Source: Clostridia bacterium (GTDB lineage: Bacteria > Bacillota > Clostridia > Christensenellales > QALW01). Taken from it: 64,000 bases of DNA. Positions 18,130 to 27,766 of the stretch are shown in pieces. The translations under genes were made by a program, and so were the position numbers. Position 1 is the first letter of the stretch, and each line of letters begins with the position of its first letter. Under the pieces are notes generated by a model. That model was given only the letters and a program-made list of their open reading frames with translations, searched no databases and had not been told where the DNA came from. The stretch lies in assembly GCA_045601365.1 (NCBI GenBank), contig JAZRZN010000002.1:20376-84375 (forward strand). Reading direction: 5' to 3'.

Positions 18130-19017
18130 ATGAAAAAGACGGTTTTTACAGGTTCGGCAACAGCGCTCATTACACCGTTCACCGAAAACGGCGTTGATTT
18201 TGATGCGTTTGCGCGGCTTCTTGATTTCCAGATAGAAAACGGTACCGATGCACTTGTTGTGTGCGGCACTACGGGTGAACCGGCTACAATGACATATGAG
18301 GAGCGTGACGAGGTAGTCCGCTTTGCGGTAAAGCACGTCAATAAGCGTGTGCCCGTCATCGTCGGCACAGGCTCTAACGCCACTCATATTGCGGTAAGCA
18401 ATTCAAAAAAAGCTTTTGAAGCAGGCGCGGATGCCGTGCTTGTCGTTACGCCTTATTACAATAAATGCACGCAGGAGGGACTGTACCGCCACTTCAAGGC
18501 TGTATGCGAAGCCACGCCGTTGCCGGTAATATGCTATAATGTTCCGGGCAGAACGGGTGTGAACATCAAGCCGGAAACACTTGAGCGCATGGCAGAGCTT
18601 GATACGCTTTGCGCGGTCAAGGAAGCGAGCGGCAATATGGATCAGATAACCGATATCTGCGCTCGTCTTGCCGGCAAAATAGATGTATATTCGGGCGATG
18701 ACGGCATCGTATTGCCGATACTTTCCGTCGGCGGTAAGGGCGTTATCTCGGTTGCATCAAACATCGCGCCCAAGGAAGTACATAACATGTGTGCCGATTT
18801 CTTCTCCGGAAACTTCGATGCGGCGATGAAGATGCAGCTTAAGCTTTATCCGCTTGTAAAGGCACTGTTCTGTGAAGTAAACCCGATACCCGTCAAGACA
18901 GCGGCATCGCTGATCGGCTTCGGCAAGTGCAATCTGCGCATGCCGCTCTGTGACATGAGTGAAGCCGATCTTGCATATCTTAAAAAAGAAATGACCGCGT
19001 TCGGAATAAAATTTTAA
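18130..19017 (+). CDS. dapA: 4-hydroxy-tetrahydrodipicolinate synthase
   Basis: 295 aa. CGTTGEPATMT, YNVPGRTG and Schiff-base Lys context AVKEASGN. Confidence 0.95.
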   Translation: MKKTVFTGSATALITPFTENGVDFDAFARLLDFQIENGTDALVVCGTTGEPATMTYEERDEVVRFAVKHVNKRVPVIVGTGSNATHIAVSNSKKAFEAGADAVLVVTPYYNKCTQEGLYRHFKAVCEATPLPVICYNVPGRTGVNIKPETLERMAELDTLCAVKEASGNMDQITDICARLAGKIDVYSGDDGIVLPILSVGGKGVISVASNIAPKEVHNMCADFFSGNFDAAMKMQLKLYPLVKALFCEVNPIPVKTAASLIGFGKCNLRMPLCDMSEADLAYLKKEMTAFGIKF

Positions 19018-19032
19018 TTTTCGGAGATAAGT

Positions 19033-20247
19033 ATGTTAAGAATAATTCTTTCCGGCTGCATGGGCAAAATGGGTACCGCAGTAATAAACGAAGTAGCAAA
19101 AAACGATAATTTCACGATCTGCGCGGGTGTGGATAAAATGGCTTCGTCAGCCGTCGGATACGATTTTCCTGTTTTCAACGATATCCACAAATGCGATATT
19201 GAGGCGGATGTCATCATCGATTTTTCGCGTCCCGACGCATTGCCGATGCTTCTGCGCTATGCTCAGGCAAAGCGTCTTCCGCTCGTGCTTGCTTCTACGG
19301 GGTACAATAAGAACGATATCCAATCAATAAACTTTGCTTCGGAAACGATACCGATAATGTGTTCGTCGAATATGTCGCTCGGCATAAATATGCTCAAACA
19401 GTTGGCATCCACGGCATCGGCGGCACTGAACAACAATTTCGATATAGAGATAATCGAAAAGCACCATAACACCAAGGTCGATTCGCCGTCAGGCACCGCC
19501 ATTATGCTTGCCGAGGCGATAAACGACGCGGCAGGCGGTGATCTTGAATTTGTATTCGACCGCCACGAACGCTCCATGGCGCGCCCGAAGCGTGAGCTTG
19601 GCATACATGCTCTGCGCGGCGGCACGATCCCCGGCGATCATACGATAGTTTTTGCCGGTCAGGATGAGGTGATCGAACTTACTCACAGAGCGTACTCGCG
19701 CAAAATATACGTTCCGGGCGCGTTGCGTGCGGCGGAATTTATACGTTCATTCCCGTGCGGCTTGTATAATATGAGTGCGTTGCTCACGCAACAACAGATA
19801 ATAACAGGGACATATTATTCCGAAAACGACATACTTATTTCGGTAAGCGGCATCAGGTCACCGAAGCTGATAAGCGATATATTTGTTTCACTCAAGGAAT
19901 CCGACATCATGGTCGATATCATCAGCCAACCGCTTCCCGTGAACGGCGAATATACACTTTCGTTCTCGATATCGAAGAACCTGGCTGAAAAGGCAGAACG
20001 CATCATTTCCGATCTGCTTGACGGCGAAAAGCTTGATATACGCGACGATATCGTAAAAGTTACCGTTGAGGGCAGCGGTATGGAGCATCATGCAGGTGCG
20101 GCAGGTGACGTATTAAGCACACTGTCGGGACTTGATATTCCCGTTCTGCTCATCACTACAAGTGAAACTAAGATAACCTGCTGTATCCCGAGTGAATTTG
20201 CTCAAAAAGCGCTCACAGCCCTTAAGGAGAAGAGAGAAGATATTTAA
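19033..20247 (+). CDS. dapB: 4-hydroxy-tetrahydrodipicolinate reductase fused to a C-terminal aspartokinase-type ACT domain pair
   Basis: aa 1-250 are DapB (GCMGKMGTAV, EKHHNTKVDSPSGTA, RGGTIPGDHTIVFAG). aa ~255-404 resemble the AK regulatory ACT pair (VKVTVEGSGMEHHAGAAGDVLSTLSGLDIPVLLITTSETKITCCI). Confidence 0.85.
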   Translation: MLRIILSGCMGKMGTAVINEVAKNDNFTICAGVDKMASSAVGYDFPVFNDIHKCDIEADVIIDFSRPDALPMLLRYAQAKRLPLVLASTGYNKNDIQSINFASETIPIMCSSNMSLGINMLKQLASTASAALNNNFDIEIIEKHHNTKVDSPSGTAIMLAEAINDAAGGDLEFVFDRHERSMARPKRELGIHALRGGTIPGDHTIVFAGQDEVIELTHRAYSRKIYVPGALRAAEFIRSFPCGLYNMSALLTQQQIITGTYYSENDILISVSGIRSPKLISDIFVSLKESDIMVDIISQPLPVNGEYTLSFSISKNLAEKAERIISDLLDGEKLDIRDDIVKVTVEGSGMEHHAGAAGDVLSTLSGLDIPVLLITTSETKITCCIPSEFAQKALTALKEKREDI

Positions 20248-21362
20248 TGGCAGATGAAAGAATAAAACTGCTTGCACGCAAGCTTGTTGAATATTCATGC
20301 CGCATTCAAAAAGGCGAAAACTGCCTTATCGAACTGTACGGTAATGATGAAACACTTGCAAAAGAGATAGTCAAGGCCGTAAAAACAGCGGGCGGAAATC
20401 CGTTTTTGTGGCTTCGTTCCGAAAAGCTCAACCGTGCGCTTATTTCAGGCGAAACCGAGGAATCGCTCAGGCTTCGCGCCGAAAACGATGCGGCTTTGAT
20501 GGCACAAATGGATGCATATATCGGTATCCGCGCATCGCTCAACAGCTTTGAAATGAGCGATGTTCCGCAAAAAGACCTTGAGAATTACAACAAGCTATAT
20601 TGGGAACCCGTTCACGGTGCATTGCGCGTGCCCAAGACAAAATGGGTGATACTCAGATACCCCAATGATTCGATGAGCCAGCTTGCGCGGATGTCCACCG
20701 AAGCATTTGAGGATTTCTTTTTCAATGTTTGCACACTCGATTACGCCAAAATGAGTGAAGCAATGACACCGCTCGTTGAGCTTATGAACAAAACCGACAA
20801 GGTGCGCATTGTTGCAAAGGATACGGATATTTCGTTTTCGATCAAGGGAATACCTGCCGTCAAGTGCGACGGGCTTTGCAATATTCCCGACGGCGAAGTC
20901 TACACCGCGCCTGTCAAAGACAGCGTGAACGGTTATATTACTTACAATACTCCGTCGCTTGAGGATGGCTTCACATATGACAACATCCGTTTTGAGTTCA
21001 AAAACGGCAAAATAGTCAACGCTACATCAAACGATAACGAGCGGCTCAACGCCATTCTCGATACCGATGAGGGCGCACGGTATGTGGGTGAGTTCTCGTT
21101 CGGACTGAACCCGTACATCAATACCGCCATTCTTGATACGCTTTTTGATGAAAAAATAGCCGGCAGCATTCATTTTACGCCCGGCTCATGCTATGATGAC
21201 GCGCCGAACGGCAATTATTCCGCAGTGCATTGGGATCTGGTGCAGATACACACCCCCGAGTACGGCGGCGGTGAAATTTGGTTTGACGGCGTGCTTATCC
21301 GCAAAAACGGAGTTTTTGTTCTTGATTCGCTCAAGGGCTTGAATCCCGAAAATCTGAAATAA
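20247..21362 (+). CDS. M29-family aminopeptidase (AmpS/PepS-like)
   Basis: 371 aa. DGEVYTAPV, GEFSFGLNP and LFDEKIAGSIHFTPG family pattern. Confidence 0.8.
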   Translation: MADERIKLLARKLVEYSCRIQKGENCLIELYGNDETLAKEIVKAVKTAGGNPFLWLRSEKLNRALISGETEESLRLRAENDAALMAQMDAYIGIRASLNSFEMSDVPQKDLENYNKLYWEPVHGALRVPKTKWVILRYPNDSMSQLARMSTEAFEDFFFNVCTLDYAKMSEAMTPLVELMNKTDKVRIVAKDTDISFSIKGIPAVKCDGLCNIPDGEVYTAPVKDSVNGYITYNTPSLEDGFTYDNIRFEFKNGKIVNATSNDNERLNAILDTDEGARYVGEFSFGLNPYINTAILDTLFDEKIAGSIHFTPGSCYDDAPNGNYSAVHWDLVQIHTPEYGGGEIWFDGVLIRKNGVFVLDSLKGLNPENLK

Positions 21363-21365
21363 CGC

Positions 21366-21401
21366 ACTGTGCGGGGGATGTGTCCCCGCACTTCTTTTTT
21401 T
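21366..21401 (+). terminator. rho-independent terminator after the aminopeptidase gene
   Basis: GTGCGGGG (21369-21376) pairs with CCCCGCAC (21384-21391), followed by cTTCTTTTTTT. Confidence 0.8.
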
Positions 21402-21441
21402 ACGGGAACGATGTTCCCGGATATCTGCTTTTTTACCTTGC

Positions 21442-21480
21442 AAAAAAAATATCCGCACGGCTATCAAACCGAGCGGATAT
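21442..21480 (-). terminator. terminator of the GH2 gene (minus strand)
   Basis: ATATCCGC (21449-21456) pairs with GCGGATAT (21473-21480). The A8 run at 21442-21449 reads as a T-run on the minus strand. Confidence 0.65.
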
Positions 21481-21512
21481 TTTGATTTCCGGCGAAATTG
21501 TTTTTACGGAAA

Positions 21513-24290
21513 TTATTTTTTCAGATTATCGACCACTCTTACATAGTCTCTCATGCCGCCGACGCCCGCCTTATTGTCCTCATCAAGATATGTAAGTATC
21601 CTTATTTCGGCTTGCTTGCCCGGCTCGGCGCAGAAGGGATAGCGGCTCGTATGGACTATGCTCCCGAACGGCACATACTCTTCAAAAATTTTAACGCCGT
21701 CAACATATATCTCAATGCCGCTCAAGCATGTATTTCCGAATTCAAGCACAAACGGAAGCTTTTCGTCTGCATTTTTCGACATTGGCGGAATATTGACAAA
21801 GGCTCTGTAAAGCCGCCAGCCGTTCATGTAGTCCTTGGGAAATTCCGTCGTTATCTCGGTCGGGATGAGAGTATTGTTATCGTCTGCCGCTATATACATG
21901 AGCGGATCGGGCTTTTTATGCACCGTAGGCGTATAGCCGAGCTTGCGGATATTTCTGTCGATATTACTGCTTTCAAGGTAATCGTTTTTTTCTACATGCA
22001 CTATTTCCGGCACGAACACCGCTTCTTCAAGCTTTTCACCGTACGCCCTGACCGAAATCTCTTTTGCGTTCTGCTTTGCGCGGACTATCAGCTGGCATTT
22101 GCCGCAATACGCCTTACGCTCGGGGATATTGTCGGCTTCGTGGCTGTTCGGATCACCGTTGCCGCATCCGAGGAACACCGCATCGCCGGAAATATCGAAT
22201 TTTATCAAATTATCGGCATACGGTACTTCGATACCGCGTTCATCCGTAACCGATACATTTATTATCATCGCGTCCTTGCCGCTGTCATCGACGGCGTTTT
22301 TGAACGCTTCAAGCACGATCTTCTTTGCCTTATGTGCCGTGCGGCGTTCATCCTTGGCAACGCATTTGCCGTTCTTATACGCCTTGACGCTTATCCTGCC
22401 GGGAACGAACTCAACGTTCCACTCCGCGGGAGCGCAGATATCCGACGGCTTTCTGCCCATCGACTTGCCGTTGACGAACAGCTCAGCCTCATCGCAGTTG
22501 CTGACTGCCACCACGCGCACCGTGTCGCCCTTGTTCCAATTCCAGTGCGGAAGCAGATGCACTATCGGCTTATCTGTGAAGCAGGCTTTGTTGTAATAGA
22601 ACGAATCCTTTGCAAAGCCGCAGGTGTCCATTATGCCGAACTGTGACGAAACGCTCGGCCATACGAACGGTGTAGGCTCGCCGCGATAGTCAAATCCCGT
22701 CCAGATGAATATTCCCGCGAACCACGGATGCTTGCGCACAAAATCCCACGTTTCGCGCACGGTCTGACCCCACGGCACGACCTCCTCATCGTAATTGTTA
22801 AGCAGATGCTTGTCCTCTCTGTCGGAAGCATAACAGCCGCGGGTAGTGACCGCACTGTTGCTTTCCGAGCCGATAAACGCAAGCTCCGGGTATTCACTGC
22901 GGTACTTTTCAAGCAGGTTGACGCTGTAATTTATGCCCGTTACGTCCATCTCAAGCCCTGCGCCCGCAGGCGTTCCGTTTATCGCACCCATAACGAATCT
23001 TGAATCGTCAAGGTGATCCACGACGCTTCTCATTTTTCTGAATATCCTTGCGCCCTCATCGGTATTCTGGAGCGGCTCTTCGTTGAACAGCGACCAGAAC
23101 ACTACCGACGGGTGATTTCTGTCGCGCTTGACCATCGCTTCAACATAGCCAAGCACCTCTTCGCGTGTCTCGAATCTGCGGTTTTCGTCCATGACGATAA
23201 GTCCAAGCTCATCACATAAGTCCAAAACCTCTCTTGTGGGGAGATTGTGCGACGCGCGGTAGGCATTCACGCCCATTTCCTTTAACCGCTTTATGCGATA
23301 ATACTGCACGGAATCGGGGATCGCCACGCCTACGCCCGCATGATCCTGATGATTGCATGTGCCCTTGACCTTGATGTTTTTGCCGTTGAGCCAAAAACCC
23401 GTGTCCTTATCAATGGCGATAGTTCTGAAGCCTATCCTGCACGAATCGGAATCGACTTCCCTGCCGTCCTTAAGCACGGTCACCTTTACCGTATAGAGAT
23501 ACGGCGAATCAATGTCCCAACGCTTCGGTTTGGAAACATTCAGCTTCTGCTTTACCGTTGCTTTCGATGTAAAATCCACATTTACGGGGCTTGATACGCT
23601 TTGTGCGATGAGCTGTTCACCGTCGAATATCTCCGTGCGAACAGACGCGCACTGAGGCACGAAATCAGAATTTTCGACCTCCGTTTCAAGCTCTGCCGTC
23701 CACGAATTTTTTGTTCCTTTTTTAAGAACGGGCTTTGCAAAAATGCCGTTATGCGCGATATGCAGTTTATCCTTGGCATACATATGCACATGGCGGTAGA
23801 TGCCTGCGCCCTCATACCACCAGCCCTCATAGGCAGTACCGATTATATGCACGGCAAGCACGTTCGGGCGACCGTCGAAATACGCACGTTCGGTGACATC
23901 GAACACGGTCTCGGCATATGCGCTGAACGAGCGCGCAATGAGCGAACCGTTGAAATAAAATTCGGCATTGACGCTCGTACCGTCAAAGCAAATGAGTATC
24001 TGTCTGTCCGAAAGCTCGGGCTCGAGCATGAACGCCTTTCTGTACCATCCGTTACACTGTTCACGGTAGCCGTGCGAACGGCTGTAGGATGCGTCAAAGC
24101 CGCTTGCGGTAATATAATCGTGCGGCAGATCGACCTCACACCAATCGGATGTATCAAGCTCTATCGCACCTCCGCCGACAGCATTGCCGGATTTCACCAC
24201 ATACGATTCCGGGCGTCCGGCGGCATTTTTGTCGATAGGCTCACCGCGGAAGAAAAGCCACGCTTTATCCATATCATAATTTATACGCAT
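21513..24290 (-). CDS. glycoside hydrolase family 2 (beta-galactosidase/beta-glucuronidase-like)
   Basis: GH2 sugar-binding, Ig-like and TIM-barrel order. Acid/base region NHPSVVFWSLFNEEP. Start moved to ATG 24290 (MRINYDMDKAW), 9 nt after GGGAG. Confidence 0.9.
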   Translation of the reverse strand: MRINYDMDKAWLFFRGEPIDKNAAGRPESYVVKSGNAVGGGAIELDTSDWCEVDLPHDYITASGFDASYSRSHGYREQCNGWYRKAFMLEPELSDRQILICFDGTSVNAEFYFNGSLIARSFSAYAETVFDVTERAYFDGRPNVLAVHIIGTAYEGWWYEGAGIYRHVHMYAKDKLHIAHNGIFAKPVLKKGTKNSWTAELETEVENSDFVPQCASVRTEIFDGEQLIAQSVSSPVNVDFTSKATVKQKLNVSKPKRWDIDSPYLYTVKVTVLKDGREVDSDSCRIGFRTIAIDKDTGFWLNGKNIKVKGTCNHQDHAGVGVAIPDSVQYYRIKRLKEMGVNAYRASHNLPTREVLDLCDELGLIVMDENRRFETREEVLGYVEAMVKRDRNHPSVVFWSLFNEEPLQNTDEGARIFRKMRSVVDHLDDSRFVMGAINGTPAGAGLEMDVTGINYSVNLLEKYRSEYPELAFIGSESNSAVTTRGCYASDREDKHLLNNYDEEVVPWGQTVRETWDFVRKHPWFAGIFIWTGFDYRGEPTPFVWPSVSSQFGIMDTCGFAKDSFYYNKACFTDKPIVHLLPHWNWNKGDTVRVVAVSNCDEAELFVNGKSMGRKPSDICAPAEWNVEFVPGRISVKAYKNGKCVAKDERRTAHKAKKIVLEAFKNAVDDSGKDAMIINVSVTDERGIEVPYADNLIKFDISGDAVFLGCGNGDPNSHEADNIPERKAYCGKCQLIVRAKQNAKEISVRAYGEKLEEAVFVPEIVHVEKNDYLESSNIDRNIRKLGYTPTVHKKPDPLMYIAADDNNTLIPTEITTEFPKDYMNGWRLYRAFVNIPPMSKNADEKLPFVLEFGNTCLSGIEIYVDGVKIFEEYVPFGSIVHTSRYPFCAEPGKQAEIRILTYLDEDNKAGVGGMRDYVRVVDNLKK

Positions 24291-24395
24291 ACAAAACATC
24301 TCCCTTGTTCGATTTTTATAATGATACCACTTTCGCAGAATGCTTGTCAAGACTCGGAAATGAAAAATACAGCTATTTGACATACTCCTTAAAAC

Positions 24396-25181
24396 ATGAT
24401 ATACTTACTTTCGGTGATTTTTTTGGAAAAGCATTTCAGTATAAACAGCAACGGTTGCAGTATAAAATGCAAGCTTTATTCAAACGGGGAGTTCACATTC
24501 GACAACGTCGTTATATGCTGTCACGGATTTGCCGGTAATAAGGAAAGCACGGCATTTGCAAAGCTTGCAGAAAAGACACTTGCACTCAATAATTCAACTG
24601 CATTCATCGCGTACGATCTGCCGTCACACGGCGAAGACGCGCGTCCGAATATCGACCTTGATGCATGCGGGCTTTATCTTAACACTGTTACAGACTATGC
24701 GCGCACAAAGCTCAAAGCCGTGAACATGTATGCTTGCTGTACAAGCTTCAGCGGTTATATATTGCTTAAATATATCCATGAACACGGCAATCCGTTCAAA
24801 AAAGCCGTACTCAGATGTCCTGCCGTCACTATTTACCGGCTTATGAACGAAACGATCCTTTCATCCGATGATCTTGTAAAGCTGAAAAAGACCAAGTGTG
24901 TTACGGTAGGCTTTGAAAGAAAAATCAAGGTGACAAAAAAGTTTATGGATGAGCTTGAAGCCAATGACGTGACATCGTACAGCTTTGCCGAATTTGCCGA
25001 TGACCTGCTTATCATCCACGGCACGGGCGACAAGACCGTACCGTTTGAATATGTCAGCGATTTTGCCGAAAATAACGGAATACCGCTGTTTGCGATCGAA
25101 GGTGCCGACCATCGCTATAAAGACCCCGCGCATATGAGCAGTTTCGTCAATGCCGCATACAAACATTTTTTTGGAAAATAA
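24396..25181 (+). CDS. alpha/beta-fold hydrolase
   Basis: CCHGFAGNKES oxyanion region, GDKTVP (Asp), GADHRY (His). The nucleophile elbow reads CTSFSG rather than GxSxG. Confidence 0.65.
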   Translation: MIYLLSVIFLEKHFSINSNGCSIKCKLYSNGEFTFDNVVICCHGFAGNKESTAFAKLAEKTLALNNSTAFIAYDLPSHGEDARPNIDLDACGLYLNTVTDYARTKLKAVNMYACCTSFSGYILLKYIHEHGNPFKKAVLRCPAVTIYRLMNETILSSDDLVKLKKTKCVTVGFERKIKVTKKFMDELEANDVTSYSFAEFADDLLIIHGTGDKTVPFEYVSDFAENNGIPLFAIEGADHRYKDPAHMSSFVNAAYKHFFGK

Positions 25182-25319
25182 AGCGGACCTTTTGCGTGCC
25201 GATAAGAAAGCAGCTTCCCGTTTTTATTTCTTGCATGATACCGAATGAAACGAAACAAAGATGCCCGCCGAAAAGAAATTTTTTATCTCTTTGGCGGGCA
25301 GTTTCGTGATGGCAGGGAA

Positions 25320-25685
25320 TTATATTACCGTATATCCTTCCTTCAATAACACATTCATTGCTTTATCGAAATTATCTTTTTTAACAAGAATATAGTCTGT
25401 ATTAAAGGTCGATACCGCAAAGATCCCTATCTTATTTTCGGCAAGGATCCCTGATATTTTCGATAAAACTCCGATAAGGGAAAAATCAAGGATCCCTTGT
25501 ATGCGGAAACCTTTCCAACCGTTATCACGGTCTGTTGTTCTTGCAGGAGTATCCTCGGTCGCGCATACCAGAGATAACTCCTCATCCGTCTTTCCGATAA
25601 AAAAGAATTCTTTGCTCAAGTCAATATCGTCGGTATTTTCAATTTTGCATACTGTCAGATCATACGGTAATCTCTTAAGCTCCAT
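25320..25685 (-). CDS. ACT-domain-containing small protein
   Basis: 121 aa. Pattern WKGFRIQGILDFSLIGVLSKISGILAENKIGIFAVSTFNTDYILV, typical of stand-alone ACT (ACT_7-like) proteins. Confidence 0.55.
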   Translation of the reverse strand: MELKRLPYDLTVCKIENTDDIDLSKEFFFIGKTDEELSLVCATEDTPARTTDRDNGWKGFRIQGILDFSLIGVLSKISGILAENKIGIFAVSTFNTDYILVKKDNFDKAMNVLLKEGYTVI

Positions 25686-25796
25686 AAGCCAACGACTCCT
25701 TACAATTATAAAAATACTGATTTGTCAAAATAGTTGACGGGGAGGATCTTTCGGTCATCCGCATTCAGAATACCGCCTTATCCGTCTGCAAGCTTT

Positions 25797-26861
25797 TTAT
25801 TTCATATAGACCGTATTTCCTTTAACAACGGTTCGCAGTACGTTGAATTCCTCATCGACCGCAACGAAATCGGCATCGAAGCCGACATGCAGAAGTCCTT
25901 TGTTTTCGTTCATCAGCATGGCAGGCGTACGCGAAGCCATGTATATCGCATCCGATTCGGGAATGCCGAACGCGATCGCCGTCTTTACGTCATTCATAAG
26001 GTTAGATGCACTGCCGGCTACCGTGCCGTCAAGCAGGTCGGCATGTATGCCGTGAACCTTTATCTGCTGATCTCCGAGCATGTAAAGCCCGTCAGGCATG
26101 CCGGTCGCGCTGATGCTGTCGCTTATAAGCACCATTCTGTTTTTACCGAATGTACGGTAGAGCAGTTGGATTACGTTTTTGTGGATGTGTACTCCGTCGC
26201 AAATGACTTGCACGAAGATGTTTTTTTCTATCGCCGCGCCTATCGGTCCGGGCTCGCGGTGTAAAAGAGGTGTCATTGCGTTGAATGTGTGTGTAAGACA
26301 GTTTGCTCCGGCTTCGATGATATCGAGCGTGCAGGCATAATCGGCATCGGTATGACCGAGCGACACAACGCCTTTGAATTTTTGCGTAAACTCCTTTGCA
26401 CCTTCTGTTTCCGGCGCAACCGTAACCATGCGTACATTGGGAAGGTCTGCTATATCGTTTATATCGGGCTTCCTGATATGCGCCGCGTTCTGCGCACCGC
26501 GCCGTGACATGGCGATGTACGGCCCCTCAAGATGATATCCGAGAACCTGCGCACCTTTGATACCGTCAAGCGGAGCGCATACCGCCTTTTTGATGTCTTC
26601 CATCGGCATCGTCATAGTCGTCGGCATGAACGCGGTCACACCGTTCGCGGCAAGATATTCCGACATATACGGCACTGCATCGCCGTCCATCGTATCGTGT
26701 CCCGCCGAACCGTGGATATGGATGTCGATAAGTCCGGGGATGACCTTTTGCCCGTAAAGCTCAATTCCGCCGGCGTTTGTTTTTTTTAGCGATACTATCT
26801 TGCCGTCAATCACGGTGATATCGCATATTTTTCCGTTGATGCATGCATTTTTGTAAATCAT
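25797..26861 (-). CDS. nagA: N-acetylglucosamine-6-phosphate deacetylase
   Basis: 354 aa. GLIDIHIHG, GYHLEGPY and THTFNAM motifs. Confidence 0.9.
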   Translation of the reverse strand: MIYKNACINGKICDITVIDGKIVSLKKTNAGGIELYGQKVIPGLIDIHIHGSAGHDTMDGDAVPYMSEYLAANGVTAFMPTTMTMPMEDIKKAVCAPLDGIKGAQVLGYHLEGPYIAMSRRGAQNAAHIRKPDINDIADLPNVRMVTVAPETEGAKEFTQKFKGVVSLGHTDADYACTLDIIEAGANCLTHTFNAMTPLLHREPGPIGAAIEKNIFVQVICDGVHIHKNVIQLLYRTFGKNRMVLISDSISATGMPDGLYMLGDQQIKVHGIHADLLDGTVAGSASNLMNDVKTAIAFGIPESDAIYMASRTPAMLMNENKGLLHVGFDADFVAVDEEFNVLRTVVKGNTVYMK

Positions 26862-27634
26862 TGATATCCCTTTCCCGTTCCGTCAACCGTAAGACCCGAT
26901 CTGAAATCCGACGGTGATATGCCGTTCAGCTTTTTGAATGAATTGCTGAAATAAAATTCGTTGTGAAAACCGCAGGCGTACGCTATATCGGCTATTTTCA
27001 TATCTGTCGATGTAAGCAGCTCCTGTGCCTTTTTATTGCGGAGCAGTGATATATACTCTTTAGGTGAAAGCTTTACAGCTTTTTTGAAGCGTCTTGCAAA
27101 CTGAACATACGATATCCCGATGCCGTCCGTAGCGGTTTCAAGCAAAATATCCGGCGAGCGGTTTATTTTTTTCAGTACATCCGCCACCAGCGTATCATCG
27201 ACCGCATCGTATGACGAAGAAAGTGAATTTTCCAATATATATTGGTTTACTATATCGTTGAACAGCTCATTTTTTATTGCGGCTTCGTCCGTGTATATTT
27301 TATTTTCAAAATTTGCAAAGAGCGACAGCGTAGAACGTATGCGTGCCGTATCACGAAACAGGAGCTTACCTCCGCCGAAAATCTCTTTTGCACAGGAAAA
27401 TCTGAAGCAGTGCAGGATGGAAGGCTCTGTCATATGACGGTGATACCGTGTATTTTTTTTGAATACATAGCCTTCTTCGGCGCAAACCGTATCCGTTTTG
27501 CCGTCAGCCGATACATTGAAGCTTCCGCTTTCGACGATCACCATAACGTCGTTTTCGGAATAATAATTTTCCATAAGAAAATTTTCGCGTCTGAGCCGCA
27601 CTGCAAGCGTGCATTGCGCATACATACACAGCAC
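26858..27634 (-). CDS. AraC-family transcriptional regulator
   Basis: C-terminal double HTH (ADIAYACGFHNEFYFSNSFKKLNGISPSDFR). 4-nt overlap with nagA. The true start may be ATG 27574. Confidence 0.85.
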   Translation of the reverse strand: MLCMYAQCTLAVRLRRENFLMENYYSENDVMVIVESGSFNVSADGKTDTVCAEEGYVFKKNTRYHRHMTEPSILHCFRFSCAKEIFGGGKLLFRDTARIRSTLSLFANFENKIYTDEAAIKNELFNDIVNQYILENSLSSSYDAVDDTLVADVLKKINRSPDILLETATDGIGISYVQFARRFKKAVKLSPKEYISLLRNKKAQELLTSTDMKIADIAYACGFHNEFYFSNSFKKLNGISPSDFRSGLTVDGTGKGYQ

Positions 27635-27766
27635 TCCCGAATGATAAAAAATTATATATATAAGTATAAATCATTGTATTGCATTTGACAAGCGTTTTTG
27701 TTAAAATGTTCAAAAAGGAGCTGATGCGCTATAAGAGATAAGGCTAAAAAACTGTCGGAAGAATTT

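Noticed and set aside
21498-24380. Plus-strand ORFs 21498-22646 (382 aa), 22099-22596 and 23601-24380 (259 aa)
   Set aside because: All lie antisense to the GH2 gene. They have low-complexity, R/F/I-rich translations with no motifs. They are shadow ORFs.
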